Made by a program: the position numbers and the translations under genes. The notes under the pieces were generated by a model that was not told the origin of the DNA, made no database searches, and saw only the letters and a program-made list of their open reading frames with translations. 24,000 bases of DNA from an uncultured Candidatus Saccharibacteria bacterium (GTDB lineage Bacteria; Patescibacteriota; UBA1384; 2-12-FULL-50-11), in assembly GCA_964362925.1 (NCBI GenBank), contig CAYIGA010000002.1, forward strand, positions 4,951-28,950, given 5' to 3'. Shown here in pieces: positions 14,985-23,803 of this stretch. Each line of letters opens with the position of its first letter. The stretch's first letter is position 1.

Positions 14985-16304
14985 ATGTCTCCACTCTCAC
15001 CTAAGTTCGAAACCTTGCCCAACGGCCTCCAACTAGTCCTCATCGATCTGCCCGGCTGGCATTCTATCACCAATTTTTTAGTTATTCGGAGCGGTAGTCG
15101 TTACGAAAATAAAGCCAATAACGGAATCGCTCATTTTCTCGAGCACATGGTTTTTAAGGGCACCAAAAAATACCCCAACACCCTGGCGGTTGCCGAAGCG
15201 ATCGAAGGCGTCGGCGGTTATTTTAACGCCTGGACGGCTAATGACCATACCGCCTACTGGAACTCGGTGCCGATATCGGCCTGGCGCATAGGGACGGAAA
15301 TGCCGTTCGAACTGGCGTTTGAGGCTCTGTTGCGTCCGGAAGATTTAGAGCGGGAGCGCGCGGTTATAATAGAAGAGATCAAACGGATGCGCGACGATCC
15401 GTCGAGCTTTGTTGACGACCTGCTCGGTCAAGTTCTTTTTCCCAATCACCCGCTGGGGCAGTCGGTGATCGGCAGCGAAAAAAATATCCAAAGCATGTCC
15501 ATTGAACAGTTTAACGACTATCGACTGACTTATTATCACCCGTCCCAGGCCTTATTTGTAGCGGTTGGCAATATAACTGGTCAAGATATTCGTTCGGCGG
15601 TTATCGCCCAGACCAAAGATTTAAAAGCTTCATCGGTGACCAGACCGAAGCGTTTCGAGTCGTCAAGTATTAGCGGCCTGAATTTTTACCATAAAAAAAC
15701 CGATCAAACCCACTTTATGTTGGGAATGGCTAATCCAACTTTGGTCGCTGGCGGTCCTCAAAATCCAATCGGAGTGGTACTTAACGCCGTCTTAGGCACT
15801 GGTATGAGCTCTCGATTATTTCTCAATATCCGCGAAAAGAAAGGCCTAGCTTATGCGATTTCGTCTAGTTTTCACTCCTTCGAGGATACCGGTCTTATTC
15901 AAATCTACGGCGGCGTTAATACCGAAAAAGTTGACCAAACTCTGGCCGCCCTCGACGAAGAACTGTCTCGTCTGGCGACCGATATAGTCAGTGACGAGGA
16001 GTTTGCCAAAACCAAAGCCCTAATTGTTGGCTCACTCGATATGAGCGCCGATCGGCCGATTGACTTAGCTCGTTGGTACGGGGTGGCTCGATTATTGGGC
16101 GATGAGGAATCGATCGAACAGGCCAAAAAAAAGATTCTAGCCGTCACGGCCGAGTCAATCCGTGACTTAGCCAAGATTGTTTTTGCTAAGAAGCGACAAA
16201 CGCTGGCGGTCATCGGCCCGTATGAAAACGACCGAATGTTTCGCGAGTTCTTGGGTCTATCAAGTGTAGCCCCACAAGGGGCAAGGATTAAGTCCGAAGT
16301 CTAA
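14985..16304 (+). CDS. M16-family zinc metallopeptidase (insulinase/pitrilysin-like)
   Basis: The inverted zinc-binding motif HxxEH is present in GIAHFLEHMVFKGTKKYP, with a downstream ERERAVIIEEI glutamate region. The 439-aa two-domain length is typical. Confidence 0.85.
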   Translation: MSPLSPKFETLPNGLQLVLIDLPGWHSITNFLVIRSGSRYENKANNGIAHFLEHMVFKGTKKYPNTLAVAEAIEGVGGYFNAWTANDHTAYWNSVPISAWRIGTEMPFELAFEALLRPEDLERERAVIIEEIKRMRDDPSSFVDDLLGQVLFPNHPLGQSVIGSEKNIQSMSIEQFNDYRLTYYHPSQALFVAVGNITGQDIRSAVIAQTKDLKASSVTRPKRFESSSISGLNFYHKKTDQTHFMLGMANPTLVAGGPQNPIGVVLNAVLGTGMSSRLFLNIREKKGLAYAISSSFHSFEDTGLIQIYGGVNTEKVDQTLAALDEELSRLATDIVSDEEFAKTKALIVGSLDMSADRPIDLARWYGVARLLGDEESIEQAKKKILAVTAESIRDLAKIVFAKKRQTLAVIGPYENDRMFREFLGLSSVAPQGARIKSEV

Positions 16305-16407
16305 TTTAAGTCTAAAAAAATCACTCGCTCCTTAGCTGGCGGTCATGTTGTCGTTTAAAGAAATTTTGGTCTTGGCGGCCAGTCGGATTTTAAGGTAAAA
16401 TCAGTTG

Positions 16408-16920
16408 ATGTCAGACATTAATCGGACTCTGTTTATCATCAAGCCCGATGGTGTTGAGCGCGGGGTTATTGGTAAAATCATCACCCAGCTGGAAGATCGG
16501 GGTCTAAAGATAATCGCTCTGAAGCTGATGCGCGCCTCACGGGAGTTAGCCGAAAAGCATTACGGCGATCTGGACGTTCGCTTGACCAAAAAAGATTTAG
16601 ACGGAGCGACAATCAAAAGTCAAATGATTGATTTTCTCCTAAGCGGACCGGTTGTGGCGATGGTAATTGAAGGCGTTAAAGCGGTCGAATACGTCAAACG
16701 TCTCTCCGGCTCGACTTACCCGAATGAGTCCGACTTAGGGACAATTCGGGGGATGTTCGGCCACATGACTCGATTCCATGCCAATAACACCAATCGAGCG
16801 GTGCGCAATCTGGTTCACGCTTCCGATCCGGACGAAGATCCCGAACATGAGATTGGTCTTTGGTTTACTGCCGACGAATTGGTTAGTTACGACCATGTTC
16901 ACCAGGCGCACACCTGGTAA
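16408..16920 (+). CDS. ndk: Nucleoside diphosphate kinase
   Basis: RTLFIIKPDGVERGVIGKIITQLEDRGLKIIALKLM, SGPVVAMVIEG, GTIRGMFG and NLVHASD (active-site His) are present. The track start at 16405 is TTG; ATG is at 16408. Confidence 0.9.
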   Translation: MSDINRTLFIIKPDGVERGVIGKIITQLEDRGLKIIALKLMRASRELAEKHYGDLDVRLTKKDLDGATIKSQMIDFLLSGPVVAMVIEGVKAVEYVKRLSGSTYPNESDLGTIRGMFGHMTRFHANNTNRAVRNLVHASDPDEDPEHEIGLWFTADELVSYDHVHQAHTW

Positions 16921-16923
16921 CCC

Positions 16924-17979
16924 ATGACTCCATACTGGCTTTTTGGCGCAACGGCGTTTATTCTCTCGGTCGCTTTCAACGGCTGGCTAATCGCCTTAGC
17001 CAGAAGGAAAAATTGGTTTTTACCGGCGATTCGATCTCGAGATGAGCATACCGAACCGATTCCCCGAATTGGCGGCGTCGGTCTGACGATTGCTTCTATC
17101 GTGACGATCGGACTAACCATCCTCATCACGCCCTCGTCTCTCAACTTTACTGATCAAAATTATCTGGGCATCGACCGCAACTTAGTTGGGTTTTTGGCGG
17201 CGATTATTTTCCTTGGCATCGTTAATACGATCGATGACTATCGGGGTCTTTCTTGGCCAAGCAAACTCCTCGGCCAGATTATTGCCGCTGTTATCATTAC
17301 CAGTTTTGGCATCGAAATTACCAGTCTCTCTAATCCCTTCGGCGATAAAATTATGATCACTAACTTTTCGTCAATTCTGGTCATTATTTGGCTAATTATT
17401 ATAAGTAATGTCGTTAATTGGCTTGACAGTATTGACGGCGTTGCTGGTGGGGTCAGCGCGATTAGTCTGATGACGCTGTTTTATCTATCGATTAGCGTCG
17501 CCGTTAGTCAGCCAGCCAACGCTATGCTGGCAATAATCGGTCTAGGGGCGACGAGCGGCTTTCTCGTTTATAACCTCCGGGGTAAAGTTTTCTTAGGCGA
17601 TACCGGTTCGATATTTCTGGGCTTTTTAATTGGCGTCTTGGCGATTATTTCTGGTGGAAAAATGGCGACTGTCTTTCTGGTTTTAGCGATCCCGTTTTTG
17701 GACGCGTTGGTGGTCTTTATCAGCCGAATTAAAGATCATCAGTCGCCGTTTTTGGCTGATCGACGCCACCTCATCCACCGTTTACTTGATCGTGGCTACA
17801 GCAAGCGGGCGGTTCTCCTATCTTTTTATGCTCTTAGCTTGCTTTTCGGCTTAATCGCCCTTAATACCCAAACGCTAGGCAAGTTCTTCGCCATCGGTCT
17901 ATCGTTTGTGGTGATGATTGGGTTTATCTTGCTTGGTTCGAGGAAAAGGCCAATAATTAAGACCAATGGCTCAGGCTGA
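16924..17979 (+). CDS. Glycosyltransferase family 4 polyprenyl-phosphate sugar-1-phosphate transferase (WecA/TagO/MraY family)
   Basis: The protein is polytopic with NTIDDYRGL, NVVNWLDSIDGVAGG (NxxDGxDGL-type) and FLGDTGSIFLGFLIG. No MraY-specific PTMGG motif was seen, so it is WecA-like rather than MraY. Confidence 0.8.
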   Translation: MTPYWLFGATAFILSVAFNGWLIALARRKNWFLPAIRSRDEHTEPIPRIGGVGLTIASIVTIGLTILITPSSLNFTDQNYLGIDRNLVGFLAAIIFLGIVNTIDDYRGLSWPSKLLGQIIAAVIITSFGIEITSLSNPFGDKIMITNFSSILVIIWLIIISNVVNWLDSIDGVAGGVSAISLMTLFYLSISVAVSQPANAMLAIIGLGATSGFLVYNLRGKVFLGDTGSIFLGFLIGVLAIISGGKMATVFLVLAIPFLDALVVFISRIKDHQSPFLADRRHLIHRLLDRGYSKRAVLLSFYALSLLFGLIALNTQTLGKFFAIGLSFVVMIGFILLGSRKRPIIKTNGSG

Positions 17980-18475
17980 AACTTATACTTTTCGCGGTCA
18001 ACGCTCTGACGAATCAGTCGTATTAGTCACGAAACAACATATCTGGCTGTTGATGCCAATTCTTCTGGTCTGGGCAATAGTTGGGGCGATTATTGCCGCC
18101 AGCTTGTTAATATTTGGCGCTTCCAGAGTTTCCTCGATCGTTATCTTTGGCCTTGTTGTCGTTGGCTTGGCCTACAGCTTTTACTTTTGGTTTATCTGGA
18201 ATAACTCTAATTATCTCGTCACTAACCAGCGGGTAATTAAGATCGATCAAGTTAGTTTGTTTAACCGAATGATCTCCGAAGCGGAGATCCACCGTATTCA
18301 AGAGATCTCGACCGAGATCAACGGGCCGATTCGAACAATGCTTAATTTTGGCACCGTCAGGATTAAAACTGCCTCTGACGATTCCAAGCTCGACCTCGGA
18401 GACGTTACCGATCCCTACGATGTTCAACAGGCGATTGTCCAAATTCAAAAACAAACCCCGCCACCCCATACTTAA
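17966..18475 (+). CDS. Membrane protein with bacterial PH-like (YdbS/YdbT-type) domain
   Basis: Two N-terminal TM helices are followed by YLVTNQRVIKIDQ..., which resembles the bPH_2 core. The gene overlaps the upstream gene by 14 nt. Confidence 0.5.
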   Translation: MAQAETYTFRGQRSDESVVLVTKQHIWLLMPILLVWAIVGAIIAASLLIFGASRVSSIVIFGLVVVGLAYSFYFWFIWNNSNYLVTNQRVIKIDQVSLFNRMISEAEIHRIQEISTEINGPIRTMLNFGTVRIKTASDDSKLDLGDVTDPYDVQQAIVQIQKQTPPPHT

Positions 18476-18491
18476 CAGCCGAACCCTTCAA

Positions 18492-19529
18492 TTAGTCGAT
18501 CAGGTCAATATTAATACCCTCTGTATCTATTCTGTCTGTGGTTCCAGTTCTTGAAGAGCAAGATATCCCAACAAAAACCCGATCTCCCAAACTAAAACCA
18601 GGCTGGGGGCTAGCAAGTAAAACCACACTACCGGAAAGTGGCAAGCTATGGTCATCCCACAACTGATCGGCCGCGATTTTAAATGCGTTGATATCAGCAG
18701 AGCAACTGGAGTAGTTTGGGGTAGCATCCCACGACAGAGTAAACCTATGTCCTCGTTTTATTGTCTGCCATAATTGATCAGAGCCATTTACCAGAACGGT
18801 CAGCACTTGGGGCGATATAACCTCTTTCTTCCCTACTGGTATATCTGCCGCGGAGTAGCAACGACGAGGATTGTGCTCATAATTAATACAAAGTGAGTAG
18901 TCTTTTGGTAATTTTTTATACTCATAGGGCTGTTTTGTCTGTGGATCTAGAAGTGGCCGCACCTCTTCCTCATACGGATAGCGGCCATTTTTGTAATCTA
19001 CATATCTTTCCCTGTCTAATTTTAGTTCCATCAACTCGTTGGGGTACTCCGCATTATTTAGATAATATTGATGCAGCTCTGTTTGTAGACCCTCGACTTG
19101 TTGGGTGCGTTGATTATCTCGACTACTCCTACGGTAATCTTCCCTTGCAGTCGAAGATGTAGCAATCAAAACAATTATGGAGACCGCAACTACCGCAACG
19201 AGAGGAAGAAAAATGAAAACTCTCGAGAAGTTTTGCCTCTTTACTCGGAAAAGCCACGAGACCAGACCGAGTGAAAAGGTAATAATACCAAGCACGCTCA
19301 AAGCCCAAAACGCTACTTTAGCTAAAGACTCCGCTACCGCCTGATCTTCAGAGCTTCCGCCAAATGCGGCTAAAACCACGAGAAGTATTACTCCATGGGT
19401 GCTTCCTAAAAATGTTACTCCGAGTAGCAGTAGCCTTATAATTTGTCCACGACTTGGAATGACCAACTGATTGCTGTTGTCTGGGGGTTTACTTTTAACA
19501 AGATCGAGCTTGTTAAATTCTTTTAGCAT
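18492..19529 (-). CDS. Polytopic membrane protein with pilin-like extracellular core and C-terminal beta-rich domain
   Basis: There are three to four predicted TM segments. The last is followed by REDYRRSSRDNQRTQQVEGLQTELHQYYLNNAEYPNEL...LLDPQTKQPYEYKK..DYSLCINYE. This copies the pilin pattern ARD.qR..Dl..lq.AL..Yy.dng.YP..L....DP.t...Y.Y....y.lc..le. No G|FxxxE cleavage motif is present. Confidence 0.6.
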   Translation of the reverse strand: MLKEFNKLDLVKSKPPDNSNQLVIPSRGQIIRLLLLGVTFLGSTHGVILLVVLAAFGGSSEDQAVAESLAKVAFWALSVLGIITFSLGLVSWLFRVKRQNFSRVFIFLPLVAVVAVSIIVLIATSSTAREDYRRSSRDNQRTQQVEGLQTELHQYYLNNAEYPNELMELKLDRERYVDYKNGRYPYEEEVRPLLDPQTKQPYEYKKLPKDYSLCINYEHNPRRCYSAADIPVGKKEVISPQVLTVLVNGSDQLWQTIKRGHRFTLSWDATPNYSSCSADINAFKIAADQLWDDHSLPLSGSVVLLASPQPGFSLGDRVFVGISCSSRTGTTDRIDTEGINIDLID

Positions 19530-19611
19530 TGACTAGAGAATACTAAAATTGGTCTCTCTCTGCAACCCGAGTTCGCCCCAATCGGAACGAAAACTGTCGA
19601 GCTACCATGCG

Positions 19612-22600
19612 CTAGCTATTTTTACCGAGAATTGCTTCAAGCGCGGCCGATAGCTCGCCTGATCGCTCGACGGTTATTTTGGTTGGAACCAATTTAAGGC
19701 GCTCGCCCTGCATCATTCGTAATTCGACAGGTAATGTGCCGGGGTGAGCTTCCAGGATCTTTTTTAGCTTAGAGATCGTCTCAATGTTTGCCGATTTTGG
19801 CAGGTCAATGATGAAGCTTTCGGTTGGTGGCTTTACCCCGAACCCAGTCGAGGGGCTGTCGGCTTTCGGCTTTTGATAATTTGCTGATTGCTGACCCCGA
19901 ACCCAGTCGTAGGGCTGACGGCCGTTAGCTGATCGCTGGTTTATCTTTGGTAGATTGAGCGGATTTAGGCCGGGCAACGCCCAGGCGCGGTCAACCAGAA
20001 CTTTGACGGCGTTGTCTTTGTCGGAGATTTTACCCTCTATTAAAATCATCATTTCCGCCTGCCAAAGATGAGCCAGTTCCTGAAAATGAGTCGGAAAGAC
20101 AACCAATTCGAGCGTCCCAGTCAAATCCTCGAGCTCGATAAAACCCATCGTCTGACCGTTTTTGGTCGTAATTTTTTTGATTGAGTGAATGATCCCGCCG
20201 ACTCGAACAACCTGGCCGGCTTGGCTAATTGAAAGCTCGGCAATAGGGACTGCCACTTCGGCCAAAAGCTTTCCAAACTGTTTGAGCGGGTGATCGGATA
20301 AGTAGAGCCCGAGCAGTTCTTTCTCCCAAGTTAAGTAGGCGGCCGAGTCAACCACGACGACGGGCAAATCCAAGACCGGCAGGGCCGATTCTTTCGAGTC
20401 GTCGCCAAAAATTGAGAGTTGACTAGCGTCCGTTCGGCCAAGCGAGGCGACAAACTTGCTGATCAATTCGACGCCGGCGTTAAGCGTCGCGCGCTCGCCA
20501 AACCGATCGAGCGCCCCGGCTTTAATCAAGTTTTCCAAGACTTTTTTATTAAGTTGGGCGGCGTTACGGAGCAGAAAGTCGTTTAAATCCTTGTATATCC
20601 CAGCTTTTTTGCGTTCAGTGACGATCAACTTAGCCACTCCTTCGCCGACATTTTTAATCGCCGCCAGGCCAAATCGGATCGAGTGGCTTTCCTTCACGAC
20701 GGCAAAATCGCTAAACGACTCGTTGACATCCGGCGGCAAAACTTTCAGTCCAAGTCGCTCGACTTCGGCGATTTCAATCGCCAGACGGTCGGTGTCGCCC
20801 AAGTCGCTCGTCATCACCGCCGCCATAAAACAGTCGGGGTAATGGGCCTTCAGATAAGCGGTTTGGTAGGCAATAATCGCGTAGCAGGTGGCGTGACTTT
20901 TGTTGAAAGCGTAAGCGGCAAAATCCTCCAGTTGACGAAAGATCTCGGTTGCCTGTTCCTTGGCGACGCCGTTTTTCATCGCGCCGTCAATGAATTTGGC
21001 CTTCATCTCTTTCATTAACTTGGGGATTTTTTTGCCGATCGCTTTACGGAGAGTGTCGGCTTCGGCGCCGGTGAAGCCGGACATATCTTTAGACATTCGC
21101 ATCACCTGCTCCTGGTAAACGGGAATACCGTAAGTATCGCGCAAGGCACTTTCGGCCAACGGATGGAGGTACTTGACGTCCTCAAGACCATTTTTTCGGT
21201 TGATGAAGCTCTGAATCGATTGGATCGGGCCGGGTCGATAAAGCGAAACCATGGCGGTAATATCCTCGAATTTAGTTGGCTTCAGCTCTTTGATATACCG
21301 CCGCATCCCGCTTGATTCCAGTTGAAAGACGCCTACACACTCGCCGCGACCAAGTAATTCGAAGGTCTTTTGATCGTCCAACGGCAAATTTTCGATATCG
21401 ATTTTGTCGCCATAAACCGCTTCGATAATTTCCGTTGCTCGATGCATTGTAGTCAAATTTGACAGGCCGAGCAGATCCATCTTTAGCAGGCCGATTTTTT
21501 CAATCGGACCCATCGAGTATTGAGTAATTTGATGAACATCACCGCCCTGCGACGGTTGGACGGCGACGTAGTTTTCGAGCGGTTCTTTGGAGATAACAAT
21601 GGCGCAGGCGTGCTGGGAAGCGTGTCTGATTGTTCCTTCGAGCCGAGTCGCGGCGTCAATCAACTGCTTGTTTTCTGGATCACTGTCGTAGGCTGCTTTA
21701 AGTTCTGGCGCTTCAATAACCAACTGTTTAAGCGGTGTGTGATGGCCTTGAACGGGCGGTGGAACCAACTTAGCCAGAGCATCAACTTTGGTGTAGGGAA
21801 CGCCCAAGACTCGACCAACATCGCGAATGGCCGCTCGAGCCATAATCGTCCCGAAGGTAATAATGCCAGCGACATGATCTTGGCCGTATTTTTGCTTTAA
21901 GTACTCAATTACTTCGCCGCGACGAGTATCCTCGAAATCCATGTCGATATCGGGCATGGAGATGCGGTTCAAATCCAAAAATCGTTCAAAAAGGAGACCG
22001 TACTTAAGCGGATCAACATTGGTGATTCCAATCACATAAGCAATAATCGACCCGGCGGCGCTGCCTCGACCAGGACCAACGTAAATGCCCTTCGATCGGG
22101 CAAATTTAATCAAGTCGGCGACAATCAGGAAGTAACCGGGAAAGCCAGTTTTCAAGACCGTTTCCAGCTCGTAATCAAGTCGATAGCGAACCTCAATGGT
22201 AATCTCGCTGTAACGCTCTCGCAAACCTTTTTCGCACCAGCTTTTCAAGTAAGACTCTTCGGTTTCGTTGCTCGGCAGTTGAAACTTGGGCAGTAAGCTC
22301 TGGTCAAGGGGAATGGTCAGGTCAACCATATCGGCAATCTTGACGGTGTTCGAGAGGGACTCAGGGACGTCGGGAAATGCCTCGGCGATTTCTGACGGGG
22401 CTTTGAGCGAAAAATCACCGGCGTAAATCATTCGGTCGGTATCGCTGACGAGTTTGCCGGTTTGAATGCAAACCAGCAGATCGTGAGAGATTCGGTCGTC
22501 AGACGAAATATAGTGGACATCGTTAGTGGCGACGAGCGGCAGATTAGTTTTTTTAGCCAGATCTTTCAGGTGTTGATTGACGACAAACTGCTCGGGCATA

Positions 22601-23145
22601 GAAGGATGATGCTGGAGTTCGAGATAATAATTGTCCGGACCAAAAATTTCTCGGTACTCATTGATGGTCGTTTCGGCTTGAGCAAAATCGTTACTGATTA
22701 TTGCCCGCGAAGTCTCGCTGGCCAGACAGGCAGTCGTGGCAATTAAGCCTTCCGAATAGCGGGAGAGGAGGTCGCGATCGAGTCGCGGTTTGTAGTAGTA
22801 GCCCTGAAGATGAGCGATTGAGGTTAGCTTAATCAGGTTTTGGTAGCCCTGAAAGTTTTTAGCCAGCAGTAAAAGGTGGTAGGGCTTAACGTCCTCACCG
22901 GCAGTTTTATCGCCAATCTTCCGTCTGGTGACGTAGGCCTCTTGGCCGATAATCGGCTTGATGCCTTGTTTCTGACATTCCAAATAAAACTCAATTGCCC
23001 CGTGCATAACGCCGTGGTCGGTAATCGCAAGCGCCGACATACCCAATTCCGCCGCTTTGATAACTAAATCCGGTATTTTACCCAAACCGTCCAGTAAAGA
23101 ATAATGGGAGTGGACATGAAGATGGACAAAACTGGCCTTGGTCAT
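19612..23145 (-). CDS. dnaE: DNA polymerase III alpha subunit
   Basis: The PHP domain reads FVHLHVHSHYSLLDGLGKI. The polymerase core reads GRGSAAGSIIAYVIGITNVDPLKYGLLFERFLDLNRISMPDIDMDF, with LLKMDLLGLSNL and YRPGP. An OB fold lies near VRVGGIIHSIKKITTKNGQTMGFIELEDLTG. ATG 23145 (MTKASFVHLH) is preferred over the TTG at 23214. Confidence 0.93.
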   Translation of the reverse strand: MTKASFVHLHVHSHYSLLDGLGKIPDLVIKAAELGMSALAITDHGVMHGAIEFYLECQKQGIKPIIGQEAYVTRRKIGDKTAGEDVKPYHLLLLAKNFQGYQNLIKLTSIAHLQGYYYKPRLDRDLLSRYSEGLIATTACLASETSRAIISNDFAQAETTINEYREIFGPDNYYLELQHHPSMPEQFVVNQHLKDLAKKTNLPLVATNDVHYISSDDRISHDLLVCIQTGKLVSDTDRMIYAGDFSLKAPSEIAEAFPDVPESLSNTVKIADMVDLTIPLDQSLLPKFQLPSNETEESYLKSWCEKGLRERYSEITIEVRYRLDYELETVLKTGFPGYFLIVADLIKFARSKGIYVGPGRGSAAGSIIAYVIGITNVDPLKYGLLFERFLDLNRISMPDIDMDFEDTRRGEVIEYLKQKYGQDHVAGIITFGTIMARAAIRDVGRVLGVPYTKVDALAKLVPPPVQGHHTPLKQLVIEAPELKAAYDSDPENKQLIDAATRLEGTIRHASQHACAIVISKEPLENYVAVQPSQGGDVHQITQYSMGPIEKIGLLKMDLLGLSNLTTMHRATEIIEAVYGDKIDIENLPLDDQKTFELLGRGECVGVFQLESSGMRRYIKELKPTKFEDITAMVSLYRPGPIQSIQSFINRKNGLEDVKYLHPLAESALRDTYGIPVYQEQVMRMSKDMSGFTGAEADTLRKAIGKKIPKLMKEMKAKFIDGAMKNGVAKEQATEIFRQLEDFAAYAFNKSHATCYAIIAYQTAYLKAHYPDCFMAAVMTSDLGDTDRLAIEIAEVERLGLKVLPPDVNESFSDFAVVKESHSIRFGLAAIKNVGEGVAKLIVTERKKAGIYKDLNDFLLRNAAQLNKKVLENLIKAGALDRFGERATLNAGVELISKFVASLGRTDASQLSIFGDDSKESALPVLDLPVVVVDSAAYLTWEKELLGLYLSDHPLKQFGKLLAEVAVPIAELSISQAGQVVRVGGIIHSIKKITTKNGQTMGFIELEDLTGTLELVVFPTHFQELAHLWQAEMMILIEGKISDKDNAVKVLVDRAWALPGLNPLNLPKINQRSANGRQPYDWVRGQQSANYQKPKADSPSTGFGVKPPTESFIIDLPKSANIETISKLKKILEAHPGTLPVELRMMQGERLKLVPTKITVERSGELSAALEAILGKNS
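19834..19856. repeat. Copy B of dispersed motif ACCCCGAACCCAGTCGAGGGGC (dnaE 3' tail)
   Basis: taccccgaacccagtcgaggggc, followed by tgtcggc. Translated on the minus strand as SPSTGFGV. Confidence 0.75.
19893..19915. repeat. Copy C of dispersed motif (dnaE 3' tail), 59 nt from copy B
   Basis: gaccccgaacccagtcgtagggc, followed by tgacggc. Translated as QPYDWVRGQ, a different reading frame from copies A and B. Confidence 0.75.
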
Positions 23146-23264
23146 CGCTCTACCGTTGTAACAACAAGGGGCTTTTTTGTCCAAAGAAAGTTTGCTTGCC
23201 GTCGGCGACGGCAAAAGATAGCTTTTCCTATTCCTGGTTAAACACGATTCAGCAAGCTTAGGCG

Positions 23265-23293
23265 TTGACTAAAGAGGTAATAATTGTTATACT
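23265..23293 (+). promoter_or_regulatory. Sigma70-type promoter TTGACT-17-TATACT upstream of rpmA
   Basis: -35 at 23265-23270 and -10 at 23288-23293, with an exact 17-nt spacer. The -10 ends 11 nt before ATG 23305, implying a very short or absent leader. Confidence 0.5.
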
Positions 23294-23304
23294 TTTCAGT
23301 AGAA

Positions 23305-23577
23305 ATGGCCCATACCAAAGCCAAAGGATCGAGTAAGAATAATCGAGACTCAGAGTCGAAACGACTGGGGGTGAAGTTGTACGGCGGTCAAACTGTCAAA
23401 CCAGGCGGTATTATTGTCCGCCAGCGGGGGAGTAAATATTTTATAGGTCAAAATGTGATGATGGCCGGTGACGACACTGTCTTTGCGACCAAGGACGGCG
23501 TCGTCACCTACCAAAAAAAGGTAGTGACCGGTTTTAGCGGCCACAGAAGTCGCAAAACCGTCGTTTCGGTAGTTTAG
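23305..23577 (+). CDS. rpmA: 50S ribosomal protein L27 (bL27)
   Basis: [64 protein letters not shown] matches the conserved L27 sequence ([30 protein letters not shown]....G.NVG.G.D.TLFA..G.V). Confidence 0.92.
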   Translation: MAHTKAKGSSKNNRDSESKRLGVKLYGGQTVKPGGIIVRQRGSKYFIGQNVMMAGDDTVFATKDGVVTYQKKVVTGFSGHRSRKTVVSVV

Positions 23578-23579
23578 TA

Positions 23580-23790
23580 GGTACCTTAATAGTACTCCTT
23601 CGGACCGAAAGGTTTGAGGGTGACGGATAGTCGGCGGGATACGCCTCGTAAAGCTCGCGGTTATACCGCTCGCTATAGTCGGGACGGTTATCCATAGACG
23701 CAGAAAGGCGCGAAACCCGGGCCAAGACGCTCGGGGTCTCTGCATTCGCCGGATTTTTTCCGGCTTGAGATATCAGCGGCCAGATACCAG
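23580..23790 (+). other. GC-rich (~55%) non-coding spacer with multiple short hairpins; possible structured RNA or 5' leader of unknown class
   Basis: No plus-strand ORF of 60 aa or more. Hairpins include ACC-GAAA-GGT (GNRA loop), TCC-TTC-GGA, AGCtcGCGGT-tat-ACCGCtcGCT and GCCGG-atttttt-CCGGC (23748-23764). No signature of a known RNA family was recognised. Confidence 0.25.
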
Positions 23791-23803
23791 ACAGGAGGAC
23801 GGG

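Noticed and set aside
23146-23214. TTG-initiated 23-codon extension of dnaE
   Set aside because: The PHP domain begins right after the ATG at 23145 (MTKASFVHLHVHSHYS). The extension has no homology-like features.
23350-23745. 131-aa and 63-aa minus-strand ORFs overlapping the 3' part of rpmA and the spacer
   Set aside because: They are largely antisense to a confidently identified L27 gene and have no SD. A short convergent peptide gene in 23578-23725 cannot be strictly excluded.
23580-23790. Identity as RNase P RNA, tmRNA, SRP RNA, 6S RNA or a TPP riboswitch
   Set aside because: I looked on both strands for hallmark strings and found none. These were GGAAAGUCC and ACAGAAnnCGGCUUA for RNase P, a tRNA-like 3' end for tmRNA, the GGAAGCAGCC region for SRP, and CUGAGA...CUGGAUAAUGCCAGCG for TPP. 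Only a covariance-model scan could settle it.
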